64,000 nucleotides of DNA from Octopus sinensis. Lineage: Eukaryota. A model generated the notes under the pieces. The model was not told the DNA's origin and made no database searches. It saw only the letters and a program-made list of their open reading frames with translations. The position numbers and the translations under genes were made by a program. Shown here one piece after another: positions 55,270 through 64,000 of this stretch (positions within the stretch are counted from its first letter, which is position 1; every line of letters starts with the position of its first letter). The stretch lies in NCBI RefSeq assembly GCF_006345805.1, contig NC_043005.1, positions 86,738,001 to 86,802,000 of the forward strand. Direction: 5' to 3'.

Positions 55270-55314
<45 letters not shown>

Positions 55315-55340
55315 ATTTATATATATATATATATATATAC
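54515..55340. repeat. Long imperfect (TA)n tract
   Basis: Direct inspection. Confidence 0.95.
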
Positions 55341-55789
55341 ATACGCATGTGTATGTAATATATATTATTTATATTATTATTTGATTGAACGCCACGCATC
55401 GATTTCCAACTCAATTTCACTTAATCTTTTTGATGTGACTCTACTCTGTACTGTGTTTTTCCCCCATCCGTTTCTCAAATTCTCTTTTTCGCCCTTTCAC
55501 CGTTTTCTATCTGTCTCTTTCTCTCTCCTCTTTCTTCTTTTCTCTCTCTTGTTACTCACACGTGACCACCACCCGTCTTTCTTTACCTCACGTGATCTTC
55601 TTCCTTTCTCTTCTTTCTTTTCTCTATCCATAGAAACTATTTCTCTAGCGTTCGCTATTTTACCCTCGTTCTGGTCTAATGGACCTTCATGTTTGTTTTC
55701 GTTCGATTTCCTTGTATATCTCCAATGTCCTGCTTTTGTTCCCCAAATTTGACCCTCCATAAATCCCAAATTCTATTTTGCTACTTAAG

Positions 55790-55997
55790 AATGCAACTGT
55801 CTTGGAAGATTCATATTGTCATTCAGTGCTGGAAATGAGGAGAAGATAAACAACCGACAACTGATGAAGAGTCATTCCTTGTTCCATTTGTCCGGTTTTC
55901 CATTTCCTTCTCTCGTTGTTTGCGTATTGAACTCATTTGTCTTATTTGTTTTCGTATTTCATATTGTTTTCTTTTGATGACGTTCTGTAGCCATGTA

Positions 55998-56000
<3 letters not shown>
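55790..56000 (+). repeat. Dispersed repeat with CTGATGA motif; 3' part homologous to 54380-54500
   Basis: ttctctcg.tgtttgcgtattgaactcattt..ttttcgtatttcat is present at both sites; both precede (TA)n. Confidence 0.7.
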
Positions 56001-56055
<55 letters not shown>

Positions 56056-57816
56056 AAGATGGGACAACAAAACATCCAGATAGACGACACAAAGAAACCA
56101 AGGACGGGTCATTCGGAGTTTTCTTTCCTCAGTCGACTACCAGATTTTCGGCTGATTAAAGTTGATCAATCTGGCCAGCCCAAAGAAAAATTAAGCTAAG
56201 ATCATTATGTTCCTTGGAAGAAAACAGCGAATGTATAAAAGAACAAGGACGGAAACAAACGGACAATGTTACACAAATACAATAAAAATAATAACAGGAA
56301 ATAACAATAGGTGTCTTTCGAGTAAGGACAAATTAAATTAAGCCGTGTGTGGAAATAAAGCCTTACGATATACATATATACATATACGTGTAAGTGTGTG
56401 CGTGTGTGTGTGTATGAAAGTATGCTATTAAAATAAAGCATCTTTAAGATAGCTTTTTAAAATCACTATGGATAAATTCCAGCACTGATTTTCTCAGGCT
56501 TTCCAATATTTTAAAATTTTAAACAGAAACAATGGGGTGTGAAAAAAATCAGAAATTAAATTTTTTTCTTATTTTTAATTACATAAACTCTGCTTATGGG
56601 GGAAAATATTGAAAAACATCAATACATGCGACAATGACAAATGTGGTCGTAAGGTGTGCTAGAAACAACAGCTATATCATCTTTGAATTACACCTTTTCT
56701 TGTGAAAAAATTTAATTTTCAAAATTTTTTACCGAAGAGTTTTCTTGGATAGATTTTAAGTGTGTACTACAAAACAATTTGACTAAAATCGGTCCAGATA
56801 ACAGGAAGAAGGGAGAGATGGGAGAAAAAAGTAGTCCGTGGTGGAAAATAAATTGGAAAAATCACCCTCAAAACGAAGAAAATCCAACTCAGCCTTTATT
56901 GAAATTAGTCATTACTCATTTTGCCCCTATTTAGAGATCATGTTTTTGAGAATGAAAAATTATTACATTAGATGTTAGTGTGGGGAAAAAATTGACACGA
57001 AATCTAACACAGAAGAGAATATTAATTATTAAGCACCAAAAAGTATCCAGATATTTTATTAGCAACCTCAATTACAATCGGGTCAAAGTTGACGAAATAT
57101 TTCTTGAAAGAAAAGTACTTGTCACCTGATTGTATTTCAAACTCTCTCAGCTCCAATAGTAACTATGCTGACCAATTTTTACTCCCAAATATGATGCAAC
57201 AGAACAAATAAGGCAATACTGGCTATGTGATAGTGTCAACAGGTAGGGTAAAAATAACAAGCAATCAGAAGTTAATTATTTTGTCCCACGCCCAAAAGCA
57301 ATTTCATATGCCTGACGAAGTGGAATGGTAGAAAATGATGAAAAATATAGTCAAACGAAAGAAAAAAAAAGTGGAATGTAATGAAAACCATTTGAAGGTA
57401 TACGCAATAATTTTAACAAACAAAAGTGTTTTTCATGGGCCTCTTAGATACCAGCATGGAGCCACGTATATGGACTGTAATGTCTAAGGATCCCACTTGC
57501 CATCGGAAAACCTGACAACCTGGCCACAGTATATATGTATTTATGTATGTATGTATGTATAAATATATATAACGATGAATAGCTTAGCGTAAACCATGGT
57601 CCGTTTTGTTCTCTTACTTTATTATCGTCTTATAATCATTTCATAACAATGACTTTTATGACTCGTATTACTACCTCAGTCAATCTAAATGTATATATTT
57701 GTCTTTATCTGTCATAAATAGCCTTTTTTATTTGCAATGTGCATTTTCGTTGATTTTTCATATTTCACCCTTACATTTCCACGTCTATTTTATATTTTCT
57801 TTTTGTAACTTATTTC

Positions 57817-57869
<53 letters not shown>

Positions 57870-60682
57870 TTTATTGTTTTCTCTCTCCATTTTCTTTCTC
57901 TCCTCGTCTATTTTTCTTGTATGGGAGAGGATGCTCGAAGCGTAAAACCTTTCTAATTTTCCTGTTTGCTCCTTTGTATTACCCCGACTTCCTGTTTTTC
58001 TCTATTTTTGTACTATACATGCTTAGATACTCACACACACACACATACATACACACATACACACACACACACACACATATATATATGTATGCATGTATGC
58101 ATGTATGTATAAATGTGTGCATGCGTATGTGTGTATATTTATGCCTGTAGATAGATGAGCATATATAAAAGTACATATATAGAATTTTAGATAAATTTAT
58201 ACATACATGCATTTTATATTAGTTCATATTTGATTAAAGTTTTGTCATCGTTCCAACATATCAAACATATCATTGCGTTCCATGGTCTGCTTCTATTATG
58301 CATACAAAACCTCTATTATTTTTCATATTACCTACAATTTGAATCCACATATATTTCATAAATAATTCTGTCTGTTCATAATCTCACATACATTCACTTC
58401 CCTCTGTTTTGGTATTTTTTTAGGTTATCAATTAGTTAGTTCGCATTACATATGTTATTCGCGGCTTTTACACATAATTCACTGCCATACATTGTATTCC
58501 TTGATACCCATTGATAAATTACATGAAAAAATACAGATCCCGGGGTTCCTGTTCTTTACTATCCCTCACATAGAAAGGGATTGTTATATTGTCACCATTA
58601 TTAACCTGACTTCTAGGTGCAATCCCATGGTCATTCATGACCGAAGGGGGTCTTTACCCTTTTATTACGAACATGAGCAGTCTCATATAGAATTCACTGT
58701 ATCACATTTTCATATGATAACTAGAATATCCAAGGAAAGATCTGATCAGGTCACGATACTCAATGCCTGATTGACTTTTGTAAGAAATATTATCAGTGCA
58801 GCTGGTACACAGAATCTTGTAGTTTATTGCTAATCTCTTCCTACCAATATTGTTATATTTGGTATTTAGATAATCACTGCTTGCGCGCAGGTCAAATTAT
58901 TAAACTTTTTATTCAGTTCTGTTCATACCAGTTCTATAATGTTGCTAAGATTGTCCATGTTCCTATATGTAATAATTCGAAATTCTCACATTTGCCCGTA
59001 TTTTAATATTCTAAATTTCTTTCGTGAAATTCTTCAGTGAAAGCCCAATCAATACTATACCAAATAACCTCCAATATATCCAATTTTGAACACATTTCTG
59101 GCCGTTTAAATAATTACAGCAAAGAAAGCATTTACAAATACAAATTACTTGTGATTACAAAATTTCTCGTCTATACTAAGTTATGTTAGCAACATTAATA
59201 ATCTACTGCGTCGACATTAAAATTGTCTCTATAGATCCAACCAACTCACCACTACAAAATATGATAACAAAAACATATAAAACAAATATTAAGAAAGTTA
59301 TTAAAGTATGTGAGCGAATATTAAAAATAGAGGAGCGCATCTTGTTATTGACAGAAAAATACATAATATTTAGTTGATAGTAGGAAAGAAATGAACGGAA
59401 ACTCAAGCTGAATACCGTGTTTGAGACCAATAATAAGATAGTATACGAGAAGATCAATACAAAATAAAGCACTTTGAGAAAGATTGCGACGTCGATGGAG
59501 AATTTGTTGTTTTGGATGATCCAACAGAAAAGCCGAATACAAGGCGATAGAAATGAAGAGAAAGGGGGGTGAGAGAAAATCTCACTAATATAATAAACAT
59601 GGTATTGCCAGGAGAATTAACAAAGAAAATCAAGTGTGGTAACAAAATAATATTTTTGGTGATAGTAAACATCCCTATTTTGTAGTTAAAGCAGTAATAA
59701 TAGAAAGAATAAACTAGAACAATAGCTGCAACATCAAGTGATTAAATATACGAGATCGAAACCAAAGGAATATTAATCCCTCGATACAAAATTAGAAAAT
59801 ATCTCAAAATACCTACAGAAAGATAACATGATAACAACTAATAAAGCCGTGAGGTCTTTATTATCTAATAGGTGTATATACGTGTCGGCGAGCATTCTAA
59901 GGATGAATGTAAATGGAGATGATAAACATGAATGTTATTAGACAATAAGAAAAGAAAAATAAACGTAGTTATGCAACGATTATTAGCGAAAAGATTTTCA
60001 ATAACATAACGCACTTTGAGATAATGAACAGATGAAAAAGACAGCCCTAATACTGTGGTAGGTTATTGACTACGCTGGGTTAAAATAGAGTTTATTAAGA
60101 ATAAAAACAATATAAAGCTATTATGGGGGAGTCATTTTCCCATTAGACGAATACATTTTTAAGGTGATCCTTATTGGTGCCTTCTAATTGTTTTTTATGT
60201 AAATGTAACAAATTGGCAAAACGAAAATGACATAGGACACTTATAATGTGAGAAGAAACATAAATCATGTATTTAGTTGAGATGTCGTATTATATAGCCA
60301 GCGTATATATCAGCTAAGAAATTTAGATGTATACATTGGATTCGTAATTTGTATAAACATATAGTCGAAGAAGAAAATGATTTGTTAAAACACAAAATAT
60401 AAGAAGTGATATATGGACAGTGAAATGGCATCATTAGACTAACAACGAACACCATACAAGGTCGCTATTTCAGTACCGTTGTCATTGTTAAAGGAAATAG
60501 AGAATGCTATCCTCAAATCGCAGATCTACATCGGTTTTACTTATTGCGGCATAATCCACTAAATTCTCACAGATTCCCAGTTGTCTTACTAGAATGTGAA
60601 ATGGATTCAATCTCCAACCCAAGAATAAGAACAAATTTTGAGGCTTGCTTCTACGCTAGTGTGGATCCTGTCAACCAAATAT

Positions 60683-61077
60683 CCTTTCAACTATAGGCAC
60701 AAGGCCCGAAATTTTGTGGGAGAGGGCAGTCGATTAGATCGACTCCATTACGCAAGTGGTACTTAATTTACCGACACCCAAAGAATGAAAGGCAAAGTGG
60801 ACCCCAGCGGCATTTAAACTCTTAACTTAAAGGCATGCAAAATACCTATTTCTTTACTACCCACAAGGGGCTAAACACAGAGAGGACAAACAAGGAAAAA
60901 CAAACGGATTAAGTTGATTATATCGACCCCAGTGCGTAACTGGTACTTATTTCATCGACCCCGAATGATGAAAGGCAAAGTCGACCTCGGTGGAATTTTA
61001 ACTCAGAACGTAACGGCAGACGAAATACCGCTAAGTATTTCGGCCGGCGTGCTAACGATTCTGCCAGCTCGCCGCCC
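60683..61077 (-). mobile_element. SINE family B dimer
   Basis: Reverse complement of the 23513-24105 units; ends ctgccagctcgccgcc. Confidence 0.85.
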
Positions 61078-61819
61078 TCCTGTCGACCAAATATCATCAT
61101 AGAACTTTGATCAAACCGAGGCTAATTTAAACGTCGTCTTTTGGGACGGAACACCAATCTCGCATTTGCAAAGCTAAATTCTTAACTTGAAAGATATTTC
61201 ACTTCTCTCATAACTGAGCAGCGACCCCTACCATATCTTTAAGTTTACTAGTGCAATGTCTTTTAATACACGTATACAATTCTTGCACAAGGCCAGAATT
61301 ATAGTCATGCCGATGATGTGGAGTCTAGTTCTCTACTAGTAATTTATTTTATCGAAAGGTCGAAGGGCAAATTCAATCTCTACGCTTAATAGTTTGTCCG
61401 ACGCACTCACATTTCTACCAGCCTGTCACTTTTGGTAAAAGGAAAGTGTATATATTGAATGAACAGTGTTACTATTGTTTAGCCCCAAACCATATCTAAT
61501 CTAAAAGGTCTAGGGCTACGATCCTAGAATTGTTAGTGCGTCGGATAAAATATTAAGCATCATTTCTCCTTGCCTTTTCTATTCTCAATTGAAATTCCAC
61601 CAAGACAGACGTGTTTCATCATGTTGTAGTTGGTTAAAGAATTATAACTCAAGTACTGAGTGACTACATAATCTCCAAAAGCGCGCAAAAATTTCTGCTT
61701 TTAGCCCCAAATATAAAACAATTATAAAGTGCGCTACACACACGATCCTTAATGGAAATTGCAAGGCATGTGTGTCACCGTTTTTACACTATGCGTACAT
61801 TTCCCAAGAGAGTCCTAAC

Positions 61820-61960
61820 TTGGCTGGTACTTATTTCATCGACCCCGAAAAGATGAATGGTATAGACGACCTCGGCGAAATTTGAACTCAGAACGTGGCG
61901 ACAGACGAAATATCGCTAAGCATTTCTCCCGGCGTGCTAACGATTCTGCCAGCTCGACGT
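61820..61960 (-). mobile_element. SINE family B, 5' part
   Basis: gacctcggcgaaatttgaactcagaacg..gctaacgattctgccagctcg. Confidence 0.8.
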
Positions 61961-62066
61961 CTTAATAATAATAATGATAATAATAATAATAATAAATAAT
62001 AATAATAATAATAATATAATATAATAATAATAATATAATAATAATAATAAAATAATAATAATAATA

Positions 62067-62124
<58 letters not shown>

Positions 62125-62129
62125 AATAA

Positions 62130-62570
62130 TAAAACTGTACTAAAACTGCTACCTTAGATATTCTTACTGATAAATGCCAAGAAAAACCTTTCAATGGCAA
62201 ATACCCAAAGAGAGCGAATAATGCAGATGTTGACAAAGTCCTTACCTATCAATGGTTAGTGTCTTCTCACTTAAAATCAGAAACAGAAGGGTTTATCACA
62301 GCAGACCAAGATCGATGCGTACCTATAAGGAACTACCTGGCCAGCATATTAGAAAACGTCAGTAGCCCAACATGTCGTGTATGACAAAAACCAAATGAAG
62401 CCATTGATCATGTCTCCATGTTTAATCTTTTGCGCCTACTGAGTATCTCAACAAGTATGCTAGAGCTGCACAATATATTCATTGTGTATTTTGCAAATGC
62501 CTGAATCAGCCCCATGATAAAAACTGGTGGGAACAAAACGCAGCTCCAGTGCTTGAAAATGATCACATCT
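62130..62570 (+). mobile_element. R4/Dong-like relic (C-terminal region) directly after (TAA)n at 61963-62130
   Basis: GKYPKRANNADVDKVLTYQWLVSSHLKSETEGFITADQD..NY..SPTCRV. Confidence 0.75.
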
Positions 62571-62574
62571 CAAT

Positions 62575-63171
62575 GACAGCTGCATACAAAATTTCCTGCG
62601 ACTGTTATTGTTTTAGGCGTTGTCACCAATGAAGGACATGTAATGCCTCCTTACTTCTTTCCACAATGATTTAGAGTTAACTCTGCCGCTTACATTGAGG
62701 CTCTGGACATAATTGTTAAGCCCTAGACAGTGTATGCAATGGAAGTCCATATGTGTTTCAGTAAGACTATCACACATATCTCTAGTAACACAGGAACGGA
62801 TGGCTGAAAGTGTTCATAATCACATAACCCCTAATATTTGGCCTCCTAATTCCCCAGATCTCAATCCATCGGACTACTACAATGTTGAGAGAGAGGTCGT
62901 TGAACACGCCCATAACACCAAAGATCCTTTGAAAGCTGCCATAGTCAGAGTAATATCCAAAATGAATCATGACCACTTGATTCGAGCATGTAGATGATTT
63001 AGATCTCATATAGAAGCAGTTGTTGAAGCTGAAGGTGGCTTTATTGAATAACGTTATAGAAAAAAAGGTTTATTTTTATCCTCATTATTTTTCGATAAAT
63101 AAAGTTATCCTTTATGATATATATGTTTTTTTATAAACACATCTCTTTCCTCGAATATCTTACGGACTCTG
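62575..63171 (+). mobile_element. mariner/maT (DD37D-like) transposase relic with 3' TIR
   Basis: TKFPATVIVLGVVTNEGHVMPPYFF and WPPNSPDLNPSDYY; ends ..ggactctg followed by TA. Confidence 0.75.
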
Positions 63172-63324
63172 TATATACATATATATATATACACACATAC
63201 ATTCATACATATGTACATGCATGCATATAGGAAAACGCACATCTAAGGTGTGTTTATGTGGTATATATGTGTGTGTGTGTGTGTGTGTGAGTGTATTTTT
63301 GTATATAAATAGATAAATAAATAA

Positions 63325-63365
<41 letters not shown>

Positions 63366-63371
63366 CAGATT

Positions 63372-63409
<38 letters not shown>

Positions 63410-63893
63410 TGTATGTACATGTGTGTACACGTATGTATGTGTGGAAGTACGTGCGGGTGAAGTATGGGCATGTGCATGCAAGAATGTACGTAAGTCGGTG
63501 TCATGCAACCACTGTTTATATTATAGGATTTATTGCGTTTGTGAAGAGTTTACTGTCAGAAAATGAAGCAATATTGTCTTGTTTTGTGACTATGTACCGA
63601 GTGAGATGCACTATAATATCGAAATATGTCAATCTTTCTAGTTTACCGGCGCGTAGAGCCTAATACGATCTCTGATGCAGATAGGGAATTATTTGTGGGT
63701 TCATGTGTTGAATAATGCGGTTGGATAGAGGGAAACGTCAAATAAGATCACAAACATCAACTTCACGACTGTTGACACCAATACAATACCGTCAACCTTA
63801 GCAACCTCATTGATATTGTTATCTATCAAAAGTTCGTTGTCAATAGCGACGACGTTGTTTAAAATCCTCAGAAGCACTGTCGTCATCAAGTGC

Positions 63894-63957
<64 letters not shown>

Positions 63958-63960
63958 GTC

Positions 63961-64000
<40 letters not shown>
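63894..64000. repeat. (TAA)n microsatellite
   Basis: Direct inspection. Confidence 0.97.

Overview
This is AT-rich, repeat-saturated eukaryotic DNA with no recognisable host protein-coding gene. The SINE families and very dense (TA)n/(CA)n/(GATA)n/(TAA)n microsatellites suggest a cephalopod (octopus-like) genome; that is an inference. Most ORFs in the track are translations of microsatellites. The one intact element is a full-length ~5.2-kb L1/Tx1-clade LINE (40204-45447) with a CCHC ORF1, an APE-RT-zinc finger ORF2 and a perfect 16-bp TSD, inserted into another repeat. Other retroelements: a 5'-truncated GC-rich RTE LINE, four R4/Dong-like relics, a CR1-like 3' fragment, many tRNA-derived SINEs, and a 555-bp non-coding retroposon in (TAA)n tracts. 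DNA transposon relics include Tc1/mariner types (one near-complete DD36E, one DD41D-like with long TIRs) and a Sola2-like fragment. There are also several hammerhead-like motifs of the Penelope/retrozyme type and two large inverted repeats. The most unusual item is a tRNA-headed SINE whose body carries an antisense 47-nt piece of 5.8S rRNA (49438-49484). All calls were made by eye; boundaries of degenerate elements are approximate.
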